In this document: piece after piece, positions 15,990 to 23,950 of the stretch
How positions within the stretch are numbered: the stretch's first letter is position 1
Layout: each line of letters opens with the position of its first letter
Notes under the pieces: model-generated
What the model was told of the DNA's origin: nothing
Databases searched by the model: none
The model's input: the letters and a program-made list of their open reading frames with translations, nothing else
From: Bdellovibrionota bacterium
GTDB taxonomy: Bacteria; Bdellovibrionota_C; UBA2361; JBGSMV01
Length of the DNA stretch: 23,950 nt
Direction: 5' to 3'
Assembly: GCA_044356455.1 (NCBI GenBank)
Contig: JBIKWF010000065.1
Coordinates: 1 to 23,950, forward strand
Program-made: the position numbers and the translations under genes

Positions 15990-16016
15990 TCAAGCTCTCA
16001 AACACTGTGCCGATTT
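15990..16016 (+). promoter_or_regulatory. Sigma-28-like promoter of the second fliD
   Basis: TCAA-N15-GCCGATTT, 70 bp before the ATG. Confidence 0.65.
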
Positions 16017-16086
16017 TTACTATCAAGGCAAAGGAAGGTCCGGTTGCCGTGTAGTAGCGATGTAGCCCAAGCACAAGGTAGTAGCG

Positions 16087-17487
16087 ATGGCACCTCTCAT
16101 AAACTTCTCTGGTATTGCGTCAGGCATTGATTCCTCCTCACTCATTAAGGCCCTTCTCGAACGCGAAAGAGCGACGAGAATCAAGCCTCTCGAAGATAAG
16201 ATAGCGACGTACCAAGATTCCAATACCGCTTTCTCTAAGCTCAAATCTCTTCTAAGCACTCTTAGTTCGGCTGCGGACAAATTCCGCGCCCTGCGCGGCG
16301 GCGCAGTTGCCAAAAGTGCCTCGACCTCAGATGAAACGGTAGCGTCGGCAAGTGCCAGCAATGCGGCGAGCCCGGGCGCCTATACCGTCTCCGTATCTCA
16401 GCTCGCCAAAAACGCTACTCTTTCTATCAGCTCATCCGCGGGCACCTATGCAAGCAGCTCCGCAGCTCTTTCTTCAGGGTCGTCCTTCACCGACAACGTG
16501 ACGGTTACAATTGGCAACCCCTCTTCCCCAACCGACACGGTATCTGTTGCCGTTGATGAAACCACCACACTGTCAGGTTTCGTCGCAGAATTTAATAGCC
16601 AGACCACCTCGGCAACTGCGAGCGTCGTTAATGTAGGCACAAGCAGCTCCCCTGATTACAAGATAGTAATTAACACGGCAAAAACAGGCACCGAACAAGG
16701 CGCCATAGATATTGCGGTTGGCACAACGCTTAGTGGACGCGGCGCGTTCGATACGACAAGCCGCGACGACGCGGATGATGCGCAATTCTCAATCAGTGGT
16801 ATCTCTGGCTCCATCACACGCTCATCAAACTCCATAAGCGACGTGATTCCTGGCCTCACGCTTAGCCTTAAAGGAACAGGAACCTCGATCATCAACATCG
16901 GAGTAAACAGCTCTCAAACTGCCTCGAATGTGCAAGACTTTGTTGACGCTTACAACGAAGTGATATCTTTCATTTCTGAAAATGATCTCGTTTCCCAAGA
17001 AGGGGAAGGAAATAACAAAACAAATGTTTTTGGAGCGCTTGCGGGCTCCTCTCTTGATGAAAATCTTATTACCGCGCTGCGCGGAGCATTTAGCGGGGCA
17101 AGCGGCTCAGGCGAGCTTGTGAACACCCTCGCCGACCTTGGCGTCACCACTGAGCGTGATGGCACATTGGCTTTTAATACAACGACCTTTACCTCCGCCC
17201 TTGCCTCAGACCCGCTCAGTAGCTCGGCTCTTCTTGAGAGACTCGGAGAATCACTGGCTAAGGTAGACGGCACTATCGCCCAGTTTACGCGCTTTGGCGG
17301 ACTTATTGATGACGCGACACGGGCCAATAGCGATCAGATTTCCGACTCAGAAGATAGGATTGCGATCCTCGAACAATCCCTCGCAAAGCAGGAAGAGTCT
17401 CTGACCCAAAGATTCTCGCGGCTCGAGGCGCTGATAGGAAAATTGAACTCTCAGCAATCTCAGCTCAGTTCTCTTCTTCCAAGGTAA
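16087..17487 (+). CDS. fliD: Flagellar filament cap protein, paralog 2
   Basis: INFSGIASGIDS, GAYTVSVSQLA, SNSISDVIPGLTLSL, FVDAYNEV, LADLGVTTERDGTL, QRFSRLE. Confidence 0.96.
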   Translation: MAPLINFSGIASGIDSSSLIKALLERERATRIKPLEDKIATYQDSNTAFSKLKSLLSTLSSAADKFRALRGGAVAKSASTSDETVASASASNAASPGAYTVSVSQLAKNATLSISSSAGTYASSSAALSSGSSFTDNVTVTIGNPSSPTDTVSVAVDETTTLSGFVAEFNSQTTSATASVVNVGTSSSPDYKIVINTAKTGTEQGAIDIAVGTTLSGRGAFDTTSRDDADDAQFSISGISGSITRSSNSISDVIPGLTLSLKGTGTSIINIGVNSSQTASNVQDFVDAYNEVISFISENDLVSQEGEGNNKTNVFGALAGSSLDENLITALRGAFSGASGSGELVNTLADLGVTTERDGTLAFNTTTFTSALASDPLSSSALLERLGESLAKVDGTIAQFTRFGGLIDDATRANSDQISDSEDRIAILEQSLAKQEESLTQRFSRLEALIGKLNSQQSQLSSLLPR

Positions 17488-17488
17488 C

Positions 17489-17523
17489 TTCGGGAACTGG
17501 CGCATAAACTTATGCGACCCGAA
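17489..17523 (+). terminator. Hairpin directly after the second fliD stop
   Basis: TTCGGG..CGCATAA / TTATGCG.CCCGAA inverted repeat, followed by a pyrimidine-rich tract. Confidence 0.4.
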
Positions 17524-17652
17524 TGACCTTCTTTCTACGCTAAAATCTGAAATGCCAAGTCTGCCCTAATCATATTTTTCTTTTAGCCCACGCGCAGCGA
17601 GGATACGGTCGCCAATAATTACTGTTCCCTTGATGTTTACCTTGGATCTCTG

Positions 17653-17922
17653 TCATCCATCGCCGTCCAATTTTACCTTAGGCTCTTGAACGATGAAGTC
17701 CCTCCCCGTTGCCTCACACCAAAGCTTGTAGATATTGAGAAGGTTATCCCTTGGTGTTCGAAGCGGAAGTTTTAAGTATCCGCGTCTTTTAGCGGCTTCA
17801 AATTTTTGCCTTTCATCTTTTGTAAGCCGATGTGGAATAGCTCGACTCCCCTGCCTCGAGCGGCTACTTTCCCCCCTTGATAATCGCTCAACATCATCGA
17901 GACTTAACGTTTTCTTTTTCAT
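17653..17922 (-). CDS. Small basic hypothetical protein
   Basis: 89-aa Arg/Lys-rich ORF with an AGGAG element just upstream. Confidence 0.75.
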   Translation of the reverse strand: MKKKTLSLDDVERLSRGESSRSRQGSRAIPHRLTKDERQKFEAAKRRGYLKLPLRTPRDNLLNIYKLWCEATGRDFIVQEPKVKLDGDG

Positions 17923-17999
17923 TCTCCTACTTCACCAAATGCGCCGCTTTAACTACTCGCAACATAGTAAGCTAAGGTCCATTGCTCTTTGAGTTCGCG

Positions 18000-18599
18000 C
18001 TAAATCCGAATCAATCCCTCTTCAGCTAACCCGAATTCAATATGGCATTTGTTTACGAATCTCCCTGCGCTTACGAACGCAATTAAACTATCGAGCTCAT
18101 GGCGAGTAGCCGGTGGTCTTTGAAATCGGTTCAAATCAAAAACCTCTCGGAGGACGGAAGCGCAATTCGCGACCAAATCTAAGCTCTCACCCTTACGATC
18201 TCCGGGATACGCCTCGCTTAACCTCGCGGTAATTCGAACTAAACCTCTTGGGTAAACTTCAATCACCGAGATTCCCATCTCTGTAAGTTCGAAGCCAAGT
18301 CGCATCGCTCTTGCGGTGAGCCCGCCCAAAAACATAGGAGACATAGCCTTTAGCTCGATATCCGCCTTTCGAAACATAAAGTCGATACTTTTGCTTCCTT
18401 GCTGATATGCAGCCGGTAAACTAAGCGGTGCATCTATCGCCACAAGCTCAATCTCGTGCTCTCGACATAGGCGCTTTATTAAAGAGTCAGCATCCTCCCC
18501 CTTTTTGCTACTAGCGAAATTTATTAGATCGTTATCCAGGAAACATATCGCAGTCGTCCCGGCCAACTTAGACCCGTAATCTATACCAGCAATTCGCAT
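18000..18599 (-). CDS. DUF429-like protein (predicted RNase H-fold nuclease)
   Basis: IAGIDYG, VAIDAPLSLP, R.AD..L, IEVYP and HELDSLIA motifs. ATG 18599 is preferred. Confidence 0.85.
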   Translation of the reverse strand: MRIAGIDYGSKLAGTTAICFLDNDLINFASSKKGEDADSLIKRLCREHEIELVAIDAPLSLPAAYQQGSKSIDFMFRKADIELKAMSPMFLGGLTARAMRLGFELTEMGISVIEVYPRGLVRITARLSEAYPGDRKGESLDLVANCASVLREVFDLNRFQRPPATRHELDSLIAFVSAGRFVNKCHIEFGLAEEGLIRI

Positions 18600-18718
18600 A
18601 TTCTGGCTCAAAGAGCTTTAACGTAAGTTAAGCAGGACTGTACCAGACTGCAAGGAGTCTAGGGGCAAGTTCAAGGGTTGTTAGCAGGTCTTAGTGGAGG
18701 ATCTAAAAAAAGCACGTG

Positions 18719-19855
18719 CTATTTAAGAACGCGCGCATTGTCCTCTTCGTTCTGCGCCATAATGGCCCCAGGAGAGGATGGATCAGGCTCGAATGAATCA
18801 AGCCAGGCGGAAACGGAACCTACAAAAACTTCGCTCGTAATCTTAACAACCTCGCGGCGCTCATCGGAGGTCACATAAATCTGCGCTCGTCTAAGCTTTC
18901 CGTTGTCGCGCTGATTCGTAAGATTAAGCACATGCGGCTCAATTACCCAAACACTACGCTCGGCACCGTTCACCTCTAAAGACTCCGCCCCAGTACATTT
19001 AAGCGTGATGAGATAACGAGTTTTCCCATTAAAGGTGTCGAAAGAGCGCTCGTCTCCAATATTCCACTCGAGACTTCTCGCAAGAAAGGCAGCCGAGAAA
19101 GGCTCAAGCATATTATTCTCGGGATCGAACTGCAGCACTTCTGTTTTGCGCTTACTGCCACTACGCACCGTGTGCACTTCGTGGTCCTCAAGAAATGCAA
19201 TCTCGGTGAGCCTCTCCTTCGAGTTCTCTTGGCTAAAGAAAGAAGAACGCACGGGAGAAAAATCTAGGCTCGAAAGAACCCCCTCAGCGCGGTAGCGGAG
19301 CTTATAGAAGAGATCAATACCGCTGTAGGTCTTAGCGGTCGCAGAAACCTTGTAATACAAACCACGCTGCTCCGTGGTAAGGCTAAGCGTGGCAGCAGGT
19401 ATGCCCTGCCAGCCCACTTTAAAAACATAAGTTCCAAGAACCGGGGCAAAGGCGCGAGAGCGAGGCGAGGTCTCAGCCGTTCCCGGCACGCCATCCACAA
19501 GAGAAGAGCCTCCGATATCACCGCTTGGAGCTTCCGAGCGAGATAGCCCAGGAGTACTTCTTGATACAAAAGAATTAATCAGCGCCTGACGGTAATCAGG
19601 TGTTGTTACGCGAACAAACTGCGCGGCTACCTCTACGGGAGCATTTGCCGAAGAATTGCCAAGAGCGACTGGTTCTGGCGCGGCGATGGCCTTTGAGGAA
19701 AGAAGGAGAAGTCCAAGGGAAATAGCAATGCAGCGACCTGCCGGCATCACCATGCCGGAAACCAAGCCCCTACTATGTCCAAATCCTCGAAATGCCAAAG
19801 TAGTCCTCATCAGATGCCAATCATTCCCCGAAGCAGTTACCAACGGAGGAATCAA
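18719..19855 (-). CDS. DUF3108-like exported protein (true start probably near 19754)
   Basis: YVFKVGWQGIPAATLSL, A.T...IDLFYKLR, FNGKTRY, IYVTSDERREVVKI.SEVFVGSV.A.L pattern, preceded by a hydrophobic signal-like stretch. Confidence 0.75.
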   Translation of the reverse strand: MIPPLVTASGNDWHLMRTTLAFRGFGHSRGLVSGMVMPAGRCIAISLGLLLLSSKAIAAPEPVALGNSSANAPVEVAAQFVRVTTPDYRQALINSFVSRSTPGLSRSEAPSGDIGGSSLVDGVPGTAETSPRSRAFAPVLGTYVFKVGWQGIPAATLSLTTEQRGLYYKVSATAKTYSGIDLFYKLRYRAEGVLSSLDFSPVRSSFFSQENSKERLTEIAFLEDHEVHTVRSGSKRKTEVLQFDPENNMLEPFSAAFLARSLEWNIGDERSFDTFNGKTRYLITLKCTGAESLEVNGAERSVWVIEPHVLNLTNQRDNGKLRRAQIYVTSDERREVVKITSEVFVGSVSAWLDSFEPDPSSPGAIMAQNEEDNARVLK

Positions 19856-20119
19856 AATATTCGCTCAGGGAGCTCCTCAACAGCACCCTCACAATGGATT
19901 TGACTCCAGTTGAGGATTTCTGGGAGCCCCCATTCTGCCCATTGGCTAAAATTACGCAATCCAGCATAAATCTGTTCAGGAAGTTACTAGTTAACCTATT
20001 GTAATTGCAGAGGTTGCGCGCGGAGTTCCACTAAGCATTGTAATTCCATATAGTTACAAATATATTCAGGCTCTCCAATTAGAACGACATCTAGAATTAA
20101 GTTATATTTTTACTAACTT

Positions 20120-20752
20120 ATGGCCTATCAGCTTAAGGGAGACCTTCGGGAAGACGCCCTGGGACTCTGGCAGCATCTCTCAGGCCGAATTAGCCCCTCA
20201 GACGCTTCTTCCCTCAATGAGCTCTATGCCGTTCTCCACACCAGTGGCCTCGCTGTGGAGCAAGATACTACTCGCCCTGAGGGCGCTTCCTATAACCCTA
20301 GGCCAGCTAGGCTCGCGCGCCTCTTATTTGATTTCCTAGGCAAAGAGATAGACCCCGCCTTGTTAGCAGCGGCCTTCATTTTAGGTTGTTATGGAGATGC
20401 GCCCCGCCGCGAGTCCCTTTGCGAAAGAGCAAGATCGGCTAGCGATGCGAATCTCTGGCAGTGCGCGCACGATATAGCCTCTCAGGCGAGCCGCGCGTTA
20501 CTTGGGGAAGCTGGGGTAACCGGCGCAGAACTAAGCTCTCCGATTGCTACCCTGGCGGCGATAAAAATTCTTGACGACGTTCGGCATCTGCACCAAAGAA
20601 GCCTTGAGGGCCTGGCGCGAAAGGATAAGCTGGCTGACTATCTGGCCTCTTGCCAGAGACTTAGAGCCATAGGAGCAGAGGAGCGTGTGCTAGTGCTTAT
20701 TGAAGCCGCAGGAGAGCGGCTCCAAAGACGAAGAGAGTTCAGAGCGACATGA
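20120..20752 (+). CDS. Hypothetical helical protein resembling a degenerate HD (SpoT/Mesh1-like) domain
   Basis: YNPRPARLARLL / LAAAFIL / IKILDDVRHL echo the PY..HP..VA.IL / AALLHD / VKLADR..N motifs. Overlaps the next gene by ATGA. Confidence 0.6.
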   Translation: MAYQLKGDLREDALGLWQHLSGRISPSDASSLNELYAVLHTSGLAVEQDTTRPEGASYNPRPARLARLLFDFLGKEIDPALLAAAFILGCYGDAPRRESLCERARSASDANLWQCAHDIASQASRALLGEAGVTGAELSSPIATLAAIKILDDVRHLHQRSLEGLARKDKLADYLASCQRLRAIGAEERVLVLIEAAGERLQRRREFRAT

Positions 20753-21492
20753 GAAAGCTACTCTCTTGGATCATTACCCCCTTCTATTTGGTAATCTTCG
20801 TTTTCACCATGGTCTTTTGGCACCCGCTGATTGCCCTTTCGTTCTACGTAAATCGCAGGCTCTATTTGCAGACAATTGCCCTAGGGAACGGGCTACTCCT
20901 TCTTGAGCTGCGACTTCTTGGCACTCGCATTTCCGTGCAGGGGCTCGAACACCTGCCGCGCCAAAAGCCTCTCATTATAGCGTCAAACCACCAAAGCCTT
21001 TTTGACATTCCGCTCCTCCTCTGGACCCTACGCTCGTATGGCCCCTGCTTTATTGCAAAGCGAGAGCTCGGGAAAAACATCCCAAGCATTTCCCACGCGC
21101 TGCGCAATATGGGTTCAGCTTTAATTGATCGCGGAGATGCACGCGCAGCAATTCGAACTATTGAGGATCTGGGCACGCGCGTGCAGCAGAACCGCGAAGC
21201 GGCCATCATTTTTCCTGAGGGGACAAGGGCCAGAAACGGGCGGATAAAGCCGTTCAAATCTCAAGGGATCATGGCGCTGCTACGCACCATGCCAGATGCA
21301 GAGATCGTTCCTACGGTTATTTCGGGAAGTTGGCGTTTAACCTACCACAACTTTGCCCCTGTTCCGATTGGAGTGCGAATCTCCCTCACCTTTCTTCCCC
21401 CGCTCAAGGCAAGTAGTCCCGAGGCCGCCCCGGGCGAGGTCCAAGCCTTAATAGAAGCTGCCCTGCCCATCGACGAGCGCCGAGCCTCTTAG
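20749..21492 (+). CDS. plsC: 1-acyl-sn-glycerol-3-phosphate acyltransferase
   Basis: NHQSLFD, FIAKREL, IDR and IFPEGTR motifs. Confidence 0.92.
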   Translation: MRKLLSWIITPFYLVIFVFTMVFWHPLIALSFYVNRRLYLQTIALGNGLLLLELRLLGTRISVQGLEHLPRQKPLIIASNHQSLFDIPLLLWTLRSYGPCFIAKRELGKNIPSISHALRNMGSALIDRGDARAAIRTIEDLGTRVQQNREAAIIFPEGTRARNGRIKPFKSQGIMALLRTMPDAEIVPTVISGSWRLTYHNFAPVPIGVRISLTFLPPLKASSPEAAPGEVQALIEAALPIDERRAS

Positions 21493-21499
21493 GACTTAG

Positions 21500-21618
21500 G
21501 GAACCTCTGAAAAAATCCACTCTGTGAACTCTGTGGTTGATTTAAATTGTTGAAAAACCACAGAGGACACAGAGATCACAGAGAGAGAAATAAAATATCG
21601 AGGTTTTTAAAAGATTCC
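21500..21618. mobile_element. MITE family B, copy 4 (119 bp, inverted; one 9-mer unit missing from the left arm)
   Basis: TTAG + GGAACCTCTGAAAAA...TTTTTAAAAGATTCC; reverse-complement match to copies 1 and 2. Confidence 0.85.
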
Positions 21619-21757
21619 CGAATATATGAGCTTAAAAGCGCCTGCCCGGCTTGACTCCATCCCTCAAGAGGCCTTACACCCTAGTCCTCGAGATAGTGGG
21701 CGGCGCATAGGCTAATCCAGCGCTAACCCTTATTTCGAATTGCCAATTTCAATAGAT

Positions 21758-21841
21758 GCCGGAGTGGCGGAATGGCAGACGCGCCGGATTCAAAATCCGG
21801 TTCCCTCGGGAGTGTGGGTTCAAGTCCCACCTTCGGTACCA
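21758..21841 (+). tRNA. tRNA-Leu(CAA)
   Basis: Acceptor stem GCCGGAG/CTTCGGT, anticodon arm CCGGA-TTCAAAA-TCCGG, long variable arm, GTTCAAGTC T-loop, encoded CCA. Confidence 0.97.
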
Positions 21842-21845
21842 TCTT

Positions 21846-22496
21846 ATGGCACGCACCTCTAATAAGACCCCAAAAACAATAAAAGCTAGCAAGAAGCCAG
21901 CTCGCAAGCTGCACCACCACGAAAGAGCCGCCGCCGCCCGTCGCCCCACGCCGTCCCATCAGCACGGTCCCGGGTGTGGGCATGACCACTCTGAGTCGGT
22001 CGTTCAACCTAGAGATAACACAGCCCCAAAGTCTCCCTCAGAAACAGCACCTCTCGCACAAACTGGGCGCAGCTCTTCTGCGGCGCAGGTGGTTGAGAGA
22101 CTCAAGGAATCAGGCTTCCGACTCACGAAGCTTCGCAAGCAGTTGATAACGCTAATTGCCCAAGCTCGGGGGCCGTTATCCGTGGGAGATTTGCGCACGG
22201 CGCTCCTTAGCGCCAAGCTCGCGCCGAACAAGAGCACCCTTTACCGCGAGCTTTACTTTCTCATGGAACAGAAGGTTGTCACGGAAGTAGATTTCCTTGA
22301 CGGCATGAAACGCTACGAATTTATCGCTCACGATGGTCATCACCATCACATTATCTGCACCAAGTGTAAGGCAGCTGAATGCGTAGAAGTTTGCTTCGAC
22401 ACCTCTGCCCTGCTTGCGGATTTAGCAAAGCACAGTGACTTTTTAGTGCAGAATCACGTCCTCGAATTCTTTGGCCTTTGCGGCCGGTGCAAATAA
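21846..22496 (+). CDS. Fur-family regulator (Zur-like) with a basic/His-rich N-terminal extension
   Basis: LKESGFRLTKLR, STLYREL, HHHHIICTKC and FFGLCGRC (two CxxC). The ORF-track start at 21756 overlaps the tRNA; the first ATG after it is 21846. Confidence 0.9.
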   Translation: MARTSNKTPKTIKASKKPARKLHHHERAAAARRPTPSHQHGPGCGHDHSESVVQPRDNTAPKSPSETAPLAQTGRSSSAAQVVERLKESGFRLTKLRKQLITLIAQARGPLSVGDLRTALLSAKLAPNKSTLYRELYFLMEQKVVTEVDFLDGMKRYEFIAHDGHHHHIICTKCKAAECVEVCFDTSALLADLAKHSDFLVQNHVLEFFGLCGRCK

Positions 22497-22533
22497 GCAC
22501 GCTTACCTTAGGCTCTCCCCTGAACAAGTCTTC

Positions 22534-22598
22534 CTTCGTGTTCTTAGTGGTCTTAGTGGTTGCTCTTCCTAATCCCCCCTGACCAAAGAAACCACGAA
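22534..22598. repeat. Degenerate 9-bp-periodic hairpin without TIRs, between convergent genes
   Basis: CTTCGTGTT-CTTAGTGGT-CTTAGTGGTTG, with a partial opposite arm ACCAAAGAAACCACGAA. Confidence 0.5.
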
Positions 22599-22661
22599 TC
22601 GAATCAAGAGAATCGCCTCACTGCTCCCTGAATGCTGGCAATGAACAGACGAGGAGCTTTC

Positions 22662-23054
22662 CTAAGGCTCAACCGGTGAGCAATTGGTAATCGCAATTTT
22701 TCTTTCGTAGTCGTAATCGGTAGAGCAAACCATGAAGCGAAGATCGTGGGTGTCTTCACCTTCAGTGGCATCTCTAGAACGTTCGATTACTCCCCGAAGC
22801 GACGCACGTAAGCTACTCTCAACACCCGCACCCACAAGGCTGTCGTCAGGATCCACAAGGCTGTTCTGATGAAGCGACTCATCTGTGGGAATCTGCCCGC
22901 TGGGATACTCAGATCCTTCAATGTGAGCATCTGGCTCTCGGGGCGCCTCCTCAAGCGGGGCCTTAAGCCCGCTGCCAGATAAATGTCCCGAGCAACTGCT
23001 AGGAAGGAGGAGAAGGAATGCAAGGGGGAGTATGCCAAGGAGCTTCATTCGCAT
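22662..23054 (-). CDS. Hypothetical exported protein or lipoprotein
   Basis: MRMKLLGILPLAFLLLLPSSC signal-like start. Confidence 0.6.
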   Translation of the reverse strand: MRMKLLGILPLAFLLLLPSSCSGHLSGSGLKAPLEEAPREPDAHIEGSEYPSGQIPTDESLHQNSLVDPDDSLVGAGVESSLRASLRGVIERSRDATEGEDTHDLRFMVCSTDYDYERKIAITNCSPVEP

Positions 23055-23214
23055 ATCCCCACCCTACCCAGGGTATGAGGGGTTAATCAAATCGGCCAAC
23101 CCCCTCATTCCCCAGTGCCTTTTTCACTACTTCATGGATAAACACCCCACCTACTCCGTATCTTTCGGGTCTTGGCCTGGTAAGAGTAGAGTACTGATAG
23201 AGAAAAGGTCCCCT

Positions 23215-23892
23215 ATGATAGAAAAATTAATTCCCATTATTCGGCGCCGTGCTTCACCGCTTGCCCCCTTGGGCACCATAGCCGCGATGCTATTTCTGGG
23301 CTCCTGCAGCTCAACACTCACCGCGGAACTTGGAAGTGCTCCCGAATCAGAAGGTGTGCTTGCGGCGCAATCTTCTACTACGAGCTCGCCCTCCCCGGAA
23401 AATCTGCGCCTTGGTGTTTACTTGGCGCGCGGCTCACTTTTTGGATCCCCGGAGTTTGAGCAGTACCGAGTGTCGGGGTCCTCCCTGTATGTGGAGTGCG
23501 GAATTATTCGAGGAGGCCGTGCGGTAGCTCGCGCCCAAGATTTGCTTCGGCTCTCTCCTGGTGCAAAGGAGGTACTACAGACTCTTGGCCAAGATCTCTC
23601 GAGCTACGTAGAAAAAGAAAAGCCAAGCCTTGCCGCTCCTGAATCTGGATCTCTTGGCTTTATGCATCCGGGCGAAGCAACTCTTCAGTTCACACAAGGA
23701 ACTCTTCACTTAAAAGAGTCTGGGCTCGCAGAGCTAAAAACTACCGTTGACGAAGTTTCCTCAGCATCGAACTCGTCTCCAGTCCGTAAGCTCGTAGTAG
23801 GGCTACGCACGATTGCCCGAGAATCCCTAAAATCCAAGGGCGGTTCCGAAGAACCACTTTGCGGGAACACCTCTTTCTATGGCATCGAATAA
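23215..23892 (+). CDS. Hypothetical lipoprotein
   Basis: From ATG 23215: basic N-region, hydrophobic stretch and LGSC lipobox-like motif. The ORF-track start at 23032 overlaps the divergent gene. Confidence 0.7.
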   Translation: MIEKLIPIIRRRASPLAPLGTIAAMLFLGSCSSTLTAELGSAPESEGVLAAQSSTTSSPSPENLRLGVYLARGSLFGSPEFEQYRVSGSSLYVECGIIRGGRAVARAQDLLRLSPGAKEVLQTLGQDLSSYVEKEKPSLAAPESGSLGFMHPGEATLQFTQGTLHLKESGLAELKTTVDEVSSASNSSPVRKLVVGLRTIARESLKSKGGSEEPLCGNTSFYGIE

Positions 23893-23950
23893 GCGAGGTT
23901 TACCAACGATGGAGCGTGACAGGCAGCACTGGCAACAGCTGTTCCCCAAG

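Noticed and set aside
16025..16050. GGCAAA-containing hairpin as a c-di-GMP riboswitch
   Set aside because: Lacks the second stem and the tetraloop/receptor architecture of the GEMM motif
9055..21841. Integrative conjugative element anchored at tRNA-Leu
   Set aside because: No integrase, no duplicated tRNA 3' end seen, and the intervening genes are housekeeping or flagellar
21723..22007. Minus-strand ORFs, and the Fur ORF start at 21756
   Set aside because: They overlap tRNA-Leu and are typical tRNA shadow translations
23089..23115. GCCGATTT on the minus strand upstream of 22662..23054 as a sigma-28 promoter
   Set aside because: No matching -35 element at the required spacing

Overview
Chromosomal window of roughly 50% GC from a flagellated Gram-negative bacterium. 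The gene style suggests a Bdellovibrionota/deltaproteobacteria-like lineage (inference only). It carries the 5' part of sucA, a very divergent 690-aa flagellin with a probable beta-propeller insert, a canonical flagellin, two tandem fliD paralogs, an orphan VirD4/TraG-type coupling ATPase with an extra C-terminal domain, a hybrid histidine kinase, an esterase, a beta-CASP MBL nuclease, DUF429- and DUF3108-like genes, a degenerate HD-like gene coupled to plsC, tRNA-Leu(CAA), a Fur/Zur regulator with a His-rich extension, and several hypothetical genes. The intergenic DNA holds seven sigma-28-like promoters, one sigma-54 promoter, GGA hairpins in both flagellin leaders, and two families of IS5-type MITEs, one of which encloses a 9-bp-periodic REP-like hairpin. 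No transposase, integrase, relaxase, virB gene or CRISPR array was seen. All calls were made by eye; no searches were run.
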